Source: Bugula neritina (taxonomy: Eukaryota; Animalia; Bryozoa). From it: a stretch of 64,000 bases of DNA. Positions within the stretch are counted from its first letter, which is position 1; each line of letters starts with the position of its first letter. Below, in pieces: positions 1 to 13,927 of this stretch. The notes under the pieces are model-generated. The model saw only the letters and a program-made list of their open reading frames with translations. It did not search any database and was not told where the DNA came from. The stretch covers positions 26,924,628-26,988,627 of the forward strand of contig OZ037767.1 in the NCBI GenBank assembly GCA_964035545.1, written 5' to 3'. The translations under genes and the position numbers were made by a program.

Positions 1-2557
1 TGAAACTTAAAAATTAATCAATGAATCAATCAATATGCATTGTGGTGTGCATGGCGTCCCTTTAATATGGTATTTTATATATTTACAGACTACAACTTGC
101 ATTACCAAGTAAATTTTGTCAAATAGAAAAACTAGTTTTTACTAATCAGACGCAACAAAAACTTCTATCAAAAGTATGCATGCCGTATATTTACCACATT
201 ATTGTAAATTTGCAAGAATTTAATTACATGACTTTCTCAGTCTATCAACTCATAGTCAATTTACTATTACAGAATTTGCATAGACTTTGACTCTATAAAT
301 ATAAAACCTCAACTTAAATGAGTTGTTTATAAATTTGGGGAGTATTTCACACAATGTTGTAGTAATATTGAGAAAAGTTATAGTTTTCATGAGATGCCCA
401 AAGCTGAACTATAGAATCACTTAGGAATAATATAATTATTCCCTGTCTGAACTATACAAGCTCTCTTGAGTTACTCTATAATAATAATAATTGTACTCTG
501 ATTTATTAATTATTATTTTCAATAATGAGTTTTACTTTGCAGTGAAACATGAGAGGAACCATGTCTTTTAACACTCAATGAGCTCTGTAAGAGTTTTAAT
601 TGCGAAATAAATTGATACTAGGTGAGAGAGCATTTGATTTATAAAGATCTATTAGTTGTTGCCAGCTCAACGCAAACAGTTTACAAGTTGCTATGTACTT
701 CATGTTCTTTACTCAATTTGCAATTTAATGATATTAATTTGTAATGAAATATAATGTACATTTTATGTAGATAACGAGTGCATATAAATACTCACAGCCT
801 AAAGATTAAATTAGTTCGGGCAAGAGCTATTCAATAAATTAGTAAATGTATTGCATTTTATCTTGAGACATTTCAACAATTCTTCAACTTCAAATAATTC
901 TAATTGCTATACTAATATCAATGTACTACACAAAGTTGAAGTAAATGCTATTGTGTTTGGAGAACTGCTGTATATGACTACATGCATATTGTTACATCAG
1001 CTATAAGAGAGGAGTGTAGCCGAAAACATTTTAGAGTTGTATTACCTTTTTGCTATATCTAAAAAACAGCTTCAACTGTATAACATCAAGCGCATACCTT
1101 TTGTTCAAATAAGAAATTTAAAATGCTGTGCAGAAAAATCATGAAAAATTTAAATTGCTCAACGTATATTAATGAAAACTCAAAGAAAAATTAATTGATT
1201 GCCAAAACAAAATAATATTCAGCATATTTTTACAATATCTAGTTGTTTATAATTTAACATTATTGATGAAAAATAAACCCTATTGCTAAAAAATAATGAT
1301 TTACTAGTATAGAAAACCCAATAACTATTTAGGGCTATTTTGCTAAAGATTCTGCATGGGTGCAGGAATACCTAAACTTAAGCTGGTGTTTCATAACCCT
1401 TACATTCACTCTTCACGAATATGACCACGATTAGCTAGAGTGGTAGGGGTGTGGGCCTATTGAAGTGTATATAACTAGTGTACGTAATGTCATATATAAA
1501 AGTATAAACAACATTGCTAAGCTACCAAAAACACTACTCAGATGGCATTTTAAGGACCCTTTCTGAAATACAATTCCCAATAGCTTGATGTGAAACTGTT
1601 TTCTCTCATTGTTTTCATTTGTTAATATACTGCCAGGGTTAACAATTGATATCCCAAGCAGCCTTCTCCGCTGCTGTTGTTTTATCATTAACTAAATAGT
1701 TATTTTAGGATTAAACCGGCTGATCGGTTTCTTTCAACACGGCAGCATAATGTAAGACTTGGCAGTTATAAAGATTGCTGCTGCCTCTATGACCTATATA
1801 GCTGATGTAATGTATTGCTTCACCATATTCTTTCTTGTGCTATATTTCTATTACAGTAGTCATGGAAATAACAAGTTTTATCCATAACTTGCTGCCAAAT
1901 TTTTAGTTTTCTGTCAGCAATGCTTTATCCAATTAGTATATAAAAAAAGTTACCATTAAATTGACATAAACTGCTTGTATTTGTTATAAACATTATCGTA
2001 ACACTTTTAAACTCTCTAACATAGAAGTTCCCCCCCCCAGACAAATCACACGAGTTAACCGTGAAGTTTAACCACAGACTCAGGATCCTTTAAAAGAAGG
2101 GTACACATTGCTTTTTGATATGTCATAGTATTAATGTACAAGCTAATACTTTAATGCAAATGGTGTAAATTACTGTGCCAAATTGTGCCTTTTTTTAATT
2201 CACACTATTTTATCAATATTTTGTGCAGTCATCGATAAAAAATGAATTATTTACTCTCATGATAAATGTTTCTAAACTCCAACAAAATTTTTAAAGCAAA
2301 AAATCCGTCTATATTGACATTTCACATATATGTAAGTAAAGTATGTTGGTGCACTGTAGCTTATTGCATGCAATCTCATGGCTGAAAATTTCTTTACCTT
2401 AATGATCATATTTTTATTAAAGAGGTAGACATATTCTAACTTTAGCACATAGCGGTTTAAACATTAGTAATTCTAAAACTTGAAGCACTCATTTCTTACT
2501 AATCTCATGCAAACTAGTAACTTTTACTGTCAGTATTAAACCAATACCAATACTTAC

Positions 2558-5500
2558 TCTCTCACTGACAGCATTATACTTGATGCCGATCTCATCTCTT
2601 TCAGCTCTGGACTGACTCAGAAGGTCTTCTAGACGGTTGAGCTCAGCCTGTAACATTCGATTCTCCTCAGCCAGGGTGTTGTTGCTAGGGGACGACATGG
2701 CTGCCTGTAATGATAGGTACACAGTCTACTGCTTACTGCTTGAGATAAATTGTTCTATAAGCAGCGCTGAATTGGGGGTGATTGAGTGAAGTAGGTTGAG
2801 TTCTTGAGCTTAGAGCGGGTTCTAACCGAGACCCCCAACTCAAAGCTCAAGAACCCCAAACTATCGCACTCAATCACTCCCAACTCTAAGCTGCTTATAG
2901 AATAACTCGACTGAGATATTGACCAGCACAAAGTATATATATAATATAATTAGTAAAAGAGATCTAAAAAACAGTACTTTGGTTTAACATTGTAAAATAC
3001 AAAAATGATCTACATAATTATAGGGTTATTGAAGTAACTAAGAATAGTCATGAAAAGTATTAACATATTGACACATAATGAGATTATTTGTAAATGGAGG
3101 TAATAAAACGTGACACAAATGTGACCGATTGCAGCTCAGTGGGAGAGCGAACACGCACTAACTTCACGCACCATATATTTCCCAATTGTAGAGCACTACA
3201 ATACACTCTGCACATTAAACAAAATTGATTATGGCATATAATCTACCAAATAACTAAACAATATGCTTTATTTACTTAAAAAACATTGAAGTTAACATGT
3301 TCTATATAACACTGAGATAGGTTTGTTTGCAAACAAATTCAAAATATAAACATATCACTCAGCTACACACACATAGCGATTATACAAACGCACGCTTCAC
3401 CACTCAACCATAAACATGAACTGTAAGTGTTCTACTCAGGGCAACTACAGCTAAATGTGTACTTGGCTATATTTATTACACTTTATAACAGTATATTATT
3501 TACACTGTGTGCTCCCATGAACTGCGTTATCAGTGTAACATAATATATAACATAATATATGTATATGATAATGTGAGTCACAGGCTATATGAGATATTAT
3601 GTGTACTAATAATATTATATAATATATTTTTTATAGTATACATAATGTAAGTGGCTCACAAGCTATAAGTGTATTATGTACGTTATCATCCTACATTATA
3701 TACTACATATACCATATAGTATACATAATATAAAGTATATATTTTTAAAAAAAGGGTGTTAGGATTCTAGCTTATTTTAAAAACATATAAAAGCCGATGA
3801 AAATATTATCAATTAAAATAAATTGAGTTATATATATTTATTACACTCTTTTTCTCCAATATAATTCAGCTCCAAACTTGTTGAAAAATCTTCACCCTTC
3901 AGTTATAGCATTAAAGTGCTTTAGTGTGTCTATTTCATCAATGTCCACAATAGCAATATATGTGTATTGGAGTACCAGTAGACAGTTATAACGGATAATC
4001 TAACACTATAGAGCAAGACATTTCTGCTAGCATACAGACATTTCACAAAGACAAACCATTAGTACCAGAGGAGCTATACTGACCTCAGCAGGGTTGTCAG
4101 TCAAGCTCTTTGTGACAATGTCCCTGACCCTAGCTGCAACCTTCTCACTTCCTTTACCGTCCTCTGATTGAACAGTTAATTCTTCGTCACCTTTTAAAAC
4201 GTTGTCTTCGAGTTTCTAAACAAAAAATAAATGAACATATAGGTACAAACACAGTCTATTACTGCATACAATAATGGCCAATCAATTAAAGAGTATAACA
4301 AGCTGGGTACCGTAAACGCTAACTAAAGAAGTTTTTAATTTGACATGATATCAATGAAGTAATGCTTAGTGATTGAATGTAAAGTCTAGTTTTGTGAACA
4401 AATACATGACATACATTTCCTGTGCTAAATGCTGTGAAACAACTTCCAAGATATAGCATACACATGTACTCACATATATGCTATATATTATATATATTAT
4501 AGCCTACATATATTATATATAATATATATAGAATTGGCATTTTAAGAGCTTGAACTGCAAATGACATTATTCATACAAGATCAAATAAATAATTTTATAA
4601 ATGAGATTTAGCAGTTTTATAGAGAAAACGGGCTCAAGCAATCGACCTACTTGCAGCCTGTTAATATTATTTCATACTGTTTTCACAATGAACGTAATGC
4701 TTCATTGGTGAGTAATAGCATTGATACACACCCTGAGTGAAGATAAAAGAGGAACGGCTGTCTTAAAATAACTATGCTGCCGAGAAAGAAAATAGTTTTA
4801 TTCAAAAACTCAAATTGAGCTTCTAGTTCTTGCATATAACCCATTAAACAAATTACATAGCCAATGCTTGCACTTGCCCAATAACAAATGGTTGGGATAT
4901 TTTGATAAAAAATATTATAAACTAAAAAGCTGTTTGGTTAGTACAAATAATTGAAGCGTAATAAGCAGGCAGCAGTTGTAGGTATGTAAAATATTGTTAT
5001 TCTTTTAAGGGCATTCACTGGAAAGGGCCCATAAATTTTCTAGCTGAAAGAACCTTACAGACACCCTCATTGTCAAAAAGATTAATTTAGTGGCAAAAAT
5101 TTATTTTAAAATAAATAAAAACTTGTTTATTCTTTAAAATCAAACGTAATTTAACTTAATGGTTGCAAATCTACATAATAGCATGTGCTGCCTATAATGC
5201 TGCCTACTCAAATACTGAGAACTTTTCAGACTAAACCAATTTGGGTTCTCCAAAATTTAGGTTCTCCAAAACAAACATTTAGGTAAATTTAATCAACAGT
5301 ATTAATTGATCTACTAGACTAAGTCTACTTTGCCTGATAGAGATTAAATTGTAGGTATTCAAAAACTGCTCCCCATTTAAACATAAAATTTGCTAATGAA
5401 ATATTTTGTAAGAATGTAAGCTGTAGCAAAATAATTCATTGACATTAAATTAAAAGCAGGTGACTGTTGGTTCATTCTTGCAAGATAAATATTTAGAATA

Positions 5501-6734
5501 AAATGAATTTCAGTTGCTCAAAACTTTTCTATAGAGACTTCTTATCAACTTCTTAACCTGCCTTCTGCTTATTTGGTTAGTATTACATTATACTAATAAC
5601 TATTGTATTGATTAAAATATATAATTGTCTGCAAATATTTGTTATAAATCAATGAGAGCGTACTACAAAAGCTGAGCAGCTGTGAAAGTCATAGAAATAT
5701 ATAATAAAAGCAATTATTTAACAGGAAACTCAATCATTTGTGATATGATTCCAAACAATAGGATGTATATTATATAACATTATCTATCTGCATGGGGCCA
5801 GCATTGCAGCTGCAGTTTAAGTGTAATTGTCTATACTTCAGACTTGGCACTATACAAAAGGGGTAGTAAAATCAATATACCTATATATCATTTGCACAAA
5901 AACAAAAGGTTACACAATGCAATAGATTATTATATTATTACTAGATTGCTGCAGAACCGGTTTTTTATATCGTTTAAAACAATTTGAGTAAAAGATGTCT
6001 GAGTTATTAGACAATTAAATTATAGTCTTTTAATAACAGTTTCCTGGTTATTAAGTTTTTTGTAGTAAAGCAATTAAGTGAGTGGCTAAAATATAGAAAT
6101 ACAATAAAAGTAATTATATAAGGTGAAAGAATAATCATTCAGTGCATCCTGAACTATGCTAATAGATTATAGTATAAGGGAAATTCTACAAGACCCAAGT
6201 TATTATAAAATGAACCAGGCTAATGGGTATCATACAATGCTTACTTTAAAATGTGTTAGTTTCTTTTGTTATCAAATCGTTGGATAACTCAATAGTTTCA
6301 TGTGAAAATCAATAAACTTTAATTTTTTGCCTTATTTCAAGACAGTATTCAATGCTTACATACGTTTAGCAAAATTATTAATCTTGTTGAGTTAATGAGG
6401 TATTGAAGAAAAATTTGAAGTTCAATACAATAATTGAGAAATTAAAATAATAATAAGAAATTTACAGATTTTTTACCATCACCCCCCCTGTACCCTAAAT
6501 TGATAAAACTCAGATTTATTCTACTTTTTTTAGTTTTTAGTGTATAGCTTCACAAATATTACATATATAACAATGAAAATAGTAGCATATTAATAGATTA
6601 ATTATATTCTTTTTAAACTATAGCAATATAAATATTTACTTCCATTTTTTCATCACCTCTATAGCTGATAGTATTATCTATGGACAATGGCTTACTTGAA
6701 TAGCTTTTTCCAGAAGTTGCTCTTCTCCACTCAT
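2558..6734 (-). CDS. CROCC: Rootletin (ciliary rootlet coiled-coil protein), first three coding exons; gene continues beyond the window start
   Basis: Exons 6734-6696 (MSGEEQLLEKAIQ), 4215-4084 (KLEDNVL...ARVRDIVTKSLTDNPAE) and 2704-2558 (AAMSSPSNNTLAEENRMLQAELNRLEDLLSQSRAERDEIGIKYNAVSER), all GT-AG and phase 0. The third exon closely matches the rootletin N-terminal motif EENxxLQxELxRxEDLLxQSRAERDExxIKYNAVSER. Confidence 0.92.
2750..2905. mobile_element. MITE-like foldback/hairpin element (~155 bp imperfect palindrome) in rootletin intron 2
   Basis: Nested inverted repeats TTCTATAAGCAGC/GCTGCTTATAGAA, TTGGGGGTGATTGAGTG/CACTCAATCACTCCCAA and GTTCTTGAGCT/AGCTCAAGAAC around a short loop. GC-richer than the flanks and non-coding. 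Confidence 0.6.
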
Positions 6735-6859
6735 GAGTGCAACTCAGCAATCACCAGATTCTTCTACTATTCTTTTCAGAATAGTCGAGTTTGCTTCTGT
6801 TGCTAGCTGAATGCCTCCTGCAAGTATTTGCAGACTAACCAGTAGCTTCTCCCCTGCTG

Positions 6860-7230
6860 CTTAGCTTAAAAACCGGAAACTCACTGTTTACTGGGCGTGG
6901 GCAAAAGGTGTATCAGTAAAAACGAGAAAGTTGACTAAAATGCATAATTTACATTTAGGAAATAATAAATACAATATTTATCAATAAAATATTAACGCAA
7001 ATAAAACACATTTGCGCATGTTTTATTGCATTTATTTTAAAATTATAATAGTACTAGTTTTTTAATCGGAGTAATTATGTGCGAAGCGCCTACACGCAAA
7101 TGCACCGTATCTAGGCAATATATACACACATTTCCACGTGGGTTAGCAAAATGTGGGCGTGTTTTCTAATGTAGTTGGTGTTCTAAAGTGACATACTATT
7201 TGATTTTCAAGCATGTCACCCGACGTAAGC
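6860..7230. promoter_or_regulatory. Probable bidirectional promoter between rootletin (-) and PEX2 (+)
   Basis: The genes are head-to-head (ATGs at 6734 and 7985). A local CpG-containing patch has ACCGGAAA (ETS-like, ~6872), GGGCGTGGG (Sp/KLF-like, ~6893), TGCGCATG (NRF1-like, ~7013), CCACGTGG (E-box, ~7134) and a plus-strand donor C|GTAAGC at 7225 that could end a PEX2 5' UTR exon. Confidence 0.55.
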
Positions 7231-7335
7231 GTGTAAAACGATCACCGCTACTCTTTTAACTTCAAGGACACTACTGCAACAAAGTTCAACATCAATATGC
7301 ACTGCTCTGTACTCACTGCTCACTACTGACTAAAC

Positions 7336-7357
7336 TGCTGCTGCTGCTGCTGCTGCA
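7336..7357. repeat. (CTG)n microsatellite
   Basis: About 7 CTG units visible directly. Confidence 0.85.
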
Positions 7358-7984
7358 GTAAAAATAAATTTAATGGGTTAAGGATATAGCTGTGAAACCA
7401 CTTTGATCATAACTTGTTGATAAAATAATCCTAATATTTTTGTAAATTTTCTTTGTCAACTCTCACCCTGAGATCAAATTTAAGTTTAACATGTCGCTAT
7501 GAGTATGACTAAGTTTTTGCTTTTTGTTTAAGTTTATCATCGTGATCATTATGATTAACTATTAACTTTAAGTGATTATCATTATGATTATGGTTGTCTT
7601 ACAATTATACTAAAACTAGCAGAAGTAGTAGGTTATAAATTTCAAGTTTTATTATCACCATTACTATTAGTATTACTATTAGTATTAGAGTTGGTAGTTA
7701 CTGTTACTGTTAGTGTTAGTATCAACTATCACTATCAGCATCAGCCTAGCAACCATTACTGGTTACGGCAATTACCATTAGTATAACTATTACTATTACT
7801 ATTAGGCTGAGCCGTAGATATAATCTTAATAATGATCATAATTGCTTTTAACTTCAAGTTCAACTACAAGTCTAATACTTATGCTTACAGTTTAAGTTAT
7901 ATTTTTACAGATATTAAACCTGAAAGCATCATATAAAATATGTGCATCTACATATTTTACCATTATTATGATTTAGATTAGCAT

Positions 7985-10900
7985 ATGGATGAACCGAAAA
8001 TACCTAATGGAAATTTACCTCTCAGAGTCAATCAGGTTAGATTTTATTTTGCGGCAATGTTACATATTTTTCAAGGTTTACCGTACAAAGTATTTCTGAA
8101 AAACATTGGTTTCTTTAAAACTGGCATCTGTTGCATTTTTGACTTTTTTTTATATAAGCATTTGCTTATTTAGAGAAATTGAAAACTTATGTAGTTCAGG
8201 CTAAATTTAGATAAATAGTGATTGGATTTTTTGTAATGTCATCAAATTCTTGCATAGTTTGATGATAATTAAGATGGCTTTGGTATATGAGAACAGTTTT
8301 CTAGAATTTTATGTTACAGTCTGTAAGACAGATTGTTGAGATCAAAAATTTATGTAATATGTGATTTTAATGAATCATGTCTAGTGAATAACCACCTTAA
8401 AATCTGTTAATGCTCAGGGTATTCTAATTAAGGACAAGCAACTTTGGAGAACAAAAGCCTGATAATCATATTAATATAATTTAGAAGACGAAACTTCAAG
8501 ATCTTTAACTTGAAAAGCCAGGTTTTAGCATTATATTCTCAAAAATGAGTGTATTTTACAGTTTGAGTTGGTGATAGATACATTTTATGAAATGCTTAGC
8601 AGACGATTGCGTGATGATTGATTTTCTAATTAAAGATTAAAGCGTAGATTTTCTTTAAAGTTTGAAAACCGTTAAAATGAAAACTTCTTGTCTATTGTTT
8701 AATGTGTTGTCCCGCTCATGTAAAAATAAATACGTTTCTAATGTATTCAATGTATTTTTAGTTAGACGCTGAAGCTTCAGATGAGTTTATTCATGAAATA
8801 ATACTAGAAAAGCTGAGAGATGTCTTAAAATATCTGCAGGTAAAATGAGCTGTTGAAGTGATTGTATGGTATTGGTGCTACAGAAACCTTCCTTGTCTCA
8901 TATTGTTAGGCTTTTGTTGCAGAACTAAATATGTTTAGAATCTAGTAGAATTAGTAAAAATAAATAAAAAAAAAGTACTTAATATTTTGTTTATGATAAA
9001 ACAGTATTCAATAATAATTTTTTACTAATGAATTTTGTTATTAACTACAGATTTGTTTAGTGTGGCAGATGTTACGCATCTATATAATTTATATATATAT
9101 ATATATTGCAGTTGTGTCATAATTTTAGCTATCTAATATCTTCACCTCGTATCGACTAGAAGTAGACGCAGCTATTAAATTTGGCTTATGGTGGGTAGGT
9201 TATTACAATTTGTTGTATTTATGAAGCTTTATACAAGGTGAGAGCTACACAACTTTGTTATCTCTATGCCAGTTTATCCCTGAATAATTACTTTATAATA
9301 ATGCTACCTATTATTTATCAGGCAGCTTTACTATTTGTAGCAACTCGCTATTTAAACATATCAAATTTCAATATTTTTGTGTTAAAACTTTCATCAATTG
9401 TTTACTTTCAAATTGTCAAGTCTATTTTTTTGTGTGAAGTTCAAGATAAATGTAAGGTCATATTTATCAGTTGCAAGGGCTCAAGTATTTAACTTTTTGA
9501 TAAAAAAAAACTTAACTAAACCCGCCAACTGGAAAGAATGATGATGATGATAAGTTTATCTACACTGTCTACTATTAGAGAATTTGGTGTGTCTATTGTT
9601 GTAATCAAATGTTCTTACTATATCTCATGCTATTTTCTGTACTTGAGTTATATTTAAATCTTTGAATAGACTAAAAATTAAAAAAAGTGTCAAAATATTT
9701 TTTCACTTTGATGACAGAAATTGACTTTAAAACACAAGATATAATTGCATCTTTTGTTTTCATTTGCTTCATGTATTCTATAAACACTTTAAGACAAAAT
9801 ATTGACTCATGAGAGTGTTTTTTCTGCTCCAGAATTTTTTTATTCAATGCAAGCAGTTTTGAGTTTTACCCAAATATAAGCTTATGTAATCTTTTAATAT
9901 TTATATTATATTGATGTTACAATGTCGTTGTCTTGAAGGTTGTATTCAGAAAGCAACGCTCTACTTTGGGGCAGCAGCTGTTAGACTTGGAGTACACATC
10001 TGTTAGACCTGGTGCTAAGACACTCTCTGCCATTACCAGAGTGCAGTCGTTAGTCTATTTAATATGTAATGTCATCACACCATACTTGTGGGCTAGACTC
10101 AGGGAGCTACAAGCTATTCGCAGCTTTCCTGACTCCAATCCCCATGTGAGTATGACACTAGCTGATTGAAATATATGTCATACTTCTCTAAAATCTACTT
10201 TAAGAAAGATTAACAGTTTTGGTGTTTTTGAGCTGTAAATTATGTTCATTTTAACTTTTAAAATACAATAAACAAAATTGAAATTTTGGTTCTGTTGAAA
10301 TTAAAACCGTTTTCAATCTCAGTATCAAAAAATAATAAAGAAGCAGTTGGGTCAGCTGGATAGTTCAAAGTTCGAATTTTAAGGGGGAGGTGGCTGTAAT
10401 CCCCACTGTTTTTTTTTTGCTTTTTTGTACAAACTCTGCATTTGCTACATTTTGAAATTGTTGCAAAATAAAATAATATTTTTTGTCCGACTTTTATCCC
10501 ATTAATGATTTAAGCAGACAGCTTGGTGTACAGAAGTGGTGTGAAAATAGTAATTTTTCTTTTACTCAATTTACAAACTGCCACCCGATCAGATAATGGC
10601 GGAGAAAAGTGAGAAAATCTACCATTAGACTTGGCTTACAGGAATATTGCTATTTACTAAAGTATTCCCAGACTGTTGTTAACCAATTTATTAATTTAAT
10701 CTTGGAGTTATCTTCTCTAAGGTATAAGTCATTCTACCTGATCTATACTAAACTTGTCAGCAGATGCTTGGCACTCCTGGCAGCAGAGAGAGATATTTGC
10801 TAGCATTCTTCATTCAAAATTCAAAAAAAAAAAAAAATCTTATTTAACTGTCAACCATTCATGGCTCGGTGCCTCGACTAGCTACAGTGCTATTGCGCCG

Positions 10901-13538
10901 TAGGCCCTGTCATTTTGTTTATTTTTTTCTCAATTAATTTTTTCCCCGACTACGACAAAATAAAAACAAACAAACAAACAAACAAAATTGCAATATTTTG
11001 TGTAAAGCTAAATATACTTGTAGAGTAGAGTTTGGCAGTTGTGTGCTCTTGCTAACATGTACCCGATCATATCTGTAGCAATTTGCTGTTGGATTTTCAC
11101 ACAGAAATCTTTATACAAATAACTTTAGATTTTCTAGATGATTTGCACTATAGTTTCTACTAAATTTATATAATACCAATTAATACTATATACATATGAT
11201 GCATGTACTGTGTCATACAACTACAATTTTAGTTTTGTTATAATCTATGCTAATTATATGATTGTAGTTGGACAAGCTGCTCACTATCCTACAAACCACA
11301 TGGCAATATGTTAATCTACTCAATTTTGTTACATTTCTATATAATGGGCAATTTCTTCATGTCTATGAAAGAATATGCGGGATGAGGTCGTTTCATCCCA
11401 AGGGGAAGCAACTACGGGAGGTAAGGGAAAATCAATTAAACAGGCATTGCCTTATATAGTGAGCTTGTTTATTTAAGTGTTCAGGTAATTAGCTCTAAAT
11501 AGTATTAATAGATTGTTAAGTGAGTTCCACATAATTATCTACTTTTGCATGTCACAAATAAACATATCACCAATAAATAAATTTGACAAATAGACTGGTT
11601 TCTAAATGCCAGGAGATGATAACACCTTAATGTGTGCTGTATTTAGTGTATCTTGATTGTTGAAGAAGTTAGTTTTTGTAAGTTCAAAAGCCGCAAGCAG
11701 TTGTTACAATTTGTAGGTGCTGTACTTTTATATTGTAGGTAGGGTTTGAGTTCTCCAATAGAGAAATCTTGTGGCACGGGTTTACTGTAAGTATAAACTT
11801 TATTTACTATTAATTTACTTAATGGCATTTATGCAGCATTTTTGTGCAAAGATAAAGCTCGTGCTATGTATAATCTATGATGCTATAATATGAATAATAT
11901 ACAATGACGTATGTACAGTGATGTATGTACAGTGATGTATGTACAATGGTGTATATACAATGATGTATGTACAGTGGTGTATGTACAGTGGTGTATGTAC
12001 AATGGTGTATATACAATGATGTATGTACAATGATGTATGTACAATGATGTATATACATCACTGTATGTACAATGACGTATATACAATGATGTATGTACAG
12101 TGATGTGCCAGCAACCTACAGCTGGTTAAAAATAGCTCATTGGTGAAATTAGAAATGATGTGCTAATTGTTTAGCTGTAAGGAAATATATCAACAGTTTA
12201 TGCTTTTTTTATTGCTTATAACATAAAAATACTTTCTTTTTGTTGAGCCATTAAAATAAGTAAGATATAATGTTGATTAGACGTACATGTTGTTCATAGC
12301 TCAGTGCCACATCTGTAGAATCTGAAGACATAATTTACATTTGTAGGAGTTTATGACATTCCTCCTTCCTTATATAAACATGAGGAAAGTGAAGTCTATG
12401 TTTACTTTCTCCTCTACCAAGTCATCAGATGGATCCAAGTTCTGCAAGGAATGTGATTCGTATCCGACTAATCCGACTAGGGTCGCTGACTGCTCTCACA
12501 TCTACTGCTATCACTGCGCTGCCGTAAGTTGGACTGTGTCAGCAAACAGTAACTTTCTGCCAGCACACAGGAACTGCTCTATGTGAATGAGTCCCAACAA
12601 TTCACTAAGCTTTTCTATGGCACAGCTAGATGCTATATTAGAATGATCAGAGTTAAAATTTATAATTTTCAAGATGCTTAGTTTTATTTGTAAAAGAGAA
12701 AATATTGTAAAACAAGTTATTTTGTAAATTATATGGTGGCTTTGAATCATATTGCCACTTTTTCCTTGACTTGTTTGGTGTTTTTCGTAATAAATCACCA
12801 TAAAGAATTTGAAGCTTTGTACGTCGCATATACGAACTTGGTGAGCTAATATTTACAATCTACTGGCATAACTGCATTTGATTGGAGTAATTGATAGTAT
12901 GCTTGATAACAGGTCATGTGTGCAAATGGCAGCCGAAAGAAAATTGGTAGAGTTATAGTTCAGCATTTTTGGTGATGTTTCCAACTGTTAAAGTTGTAAC
13001 TGTTGAAAAAGTTTCCGTGTATATAAGCAAGATTTTAACTTACTCTTCAGATTAACATGAAATAATCGGTCATCGTGTAATGATTTTGTTGCGTGAACGA
13101 CAGCGGTTTTAAAATGCAAGTTAAAACTACCGAAAATTGTTTTAAAGTTTAGATTGTGATTAGTGGAGTATGAGCGGACAAATCTGCTGTTCAACTTCTA
13201 AAATGTGACCATGTAGTTTATCTTAGACAACATTTCTATTCAGTTAATCGGCAAACCAATTGATTGGGTAATTTCAATGTAGGCTCGGTTACACATCATG
13301 TACTTGACTTGGTGTATCACATAAGTTTGCAGACTACTGTCAAGGTCACCTTCTGCATACGACTGATCATGTAAAAGATAATAAGCATGTTATTGAGATT
13401 ACAACTCGTACTTAATGTTTTTTTTAGAGTTTAGTGACCACAGATGGTGCTCTAGAATGCAAGGCATGTAATGTGAAGATAACTTCACTTGGCAACTTGG
13501 AACGAGCTCAACATTTGATAAGTCTAGTTGATACGTGA
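7985..13538 (+). CDS. PEX2: Peroxisome biogenesis factor 2 (RING peroxin), ~296 aa, 8 coding exons
   Basis: Exons 7985-8035, 8762-8839, 9129-9194, 9939-10145, 11268-11420, 11739-11786, 12347-12523, 13428-13538 splice GT-AG into one ORF. It carries PEX2 motifs [58 protein letters not shown] and a C-terminal C3HC4 RING (CKEC...CSHIYCYHC...CKAC). AATAAA at 13612. Confidence 0.95.
11900..12105. repeat. 15-bp minisatellite (TGATGTATGTACAG/A-type) in PEX2 intron 6
   Basis: About 13 degenerate tandem units. It produces the spurious YIHHCTY-repeat ORFs at 11864-12086. Confidence 0.9.
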
Positions 13539-13662
13539 GATTACATTGACTGGTGACTCCTTCATTCTTTCTATTTGCTGCTGAGAAATGCTCAGTTAGA
13601 GATAATTTTTTAATAAAATAATCGAAAATATGATTTGTTCTCTAGTAATGCTTTAGAATTTC

Positions 13663-13927
13663 TATGACTTGTATCTAGTATGACTTGTATTTAGTAGGAC
13701 TTGTATTTAGTAAGACTTGCTTCTAGTATGACTTGTTTCTAGTATGACTTGTATCTCGTAAGACTTGTATTTAGTAAGGCTTGTTTTTAGTATGACTTAT
13801 ATTTAGTAAGACTTGTATTTAGTAAGACTTGTATCTATAAAGACTTGTATCTATTAAGACTTGTATCTATAAAGACTTGTATCTATTAAGACTTGTATTT
13901 AATATGACTTGTTTCTAGTAAGACTTG
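13663..13927. repeat. 16-bp minisatellite (ATGACTTGTATCTAGT-type) just downstream of the PEX2 polyA signal
   Basis: About 16 tandem units with a GACTTGT core. Confidence 0.9.

Noticed and set aside
1046-1058. Possible 13-nt minus-strand microexon of rootletin (TTTTTAG|ATATAGCAAAAAG|GTAATA)
   Set aside because: Not a multiple of 3 after a phase-0 donor, and no similarity to the expected next rootletin segment. No further rootletin exon was recognised in 1-2557.
1431-1688. 85-aa minus-strand ORF
   Set aside because: No recognisable motif or compatible splice sites; treated as a chance intronic ORF.
11864-12086. His/Cys/Tyr-repeat ORFs resembling metal-binding proteins
   Set aside because: They are translations of the 15-bp intronic minisatellite.
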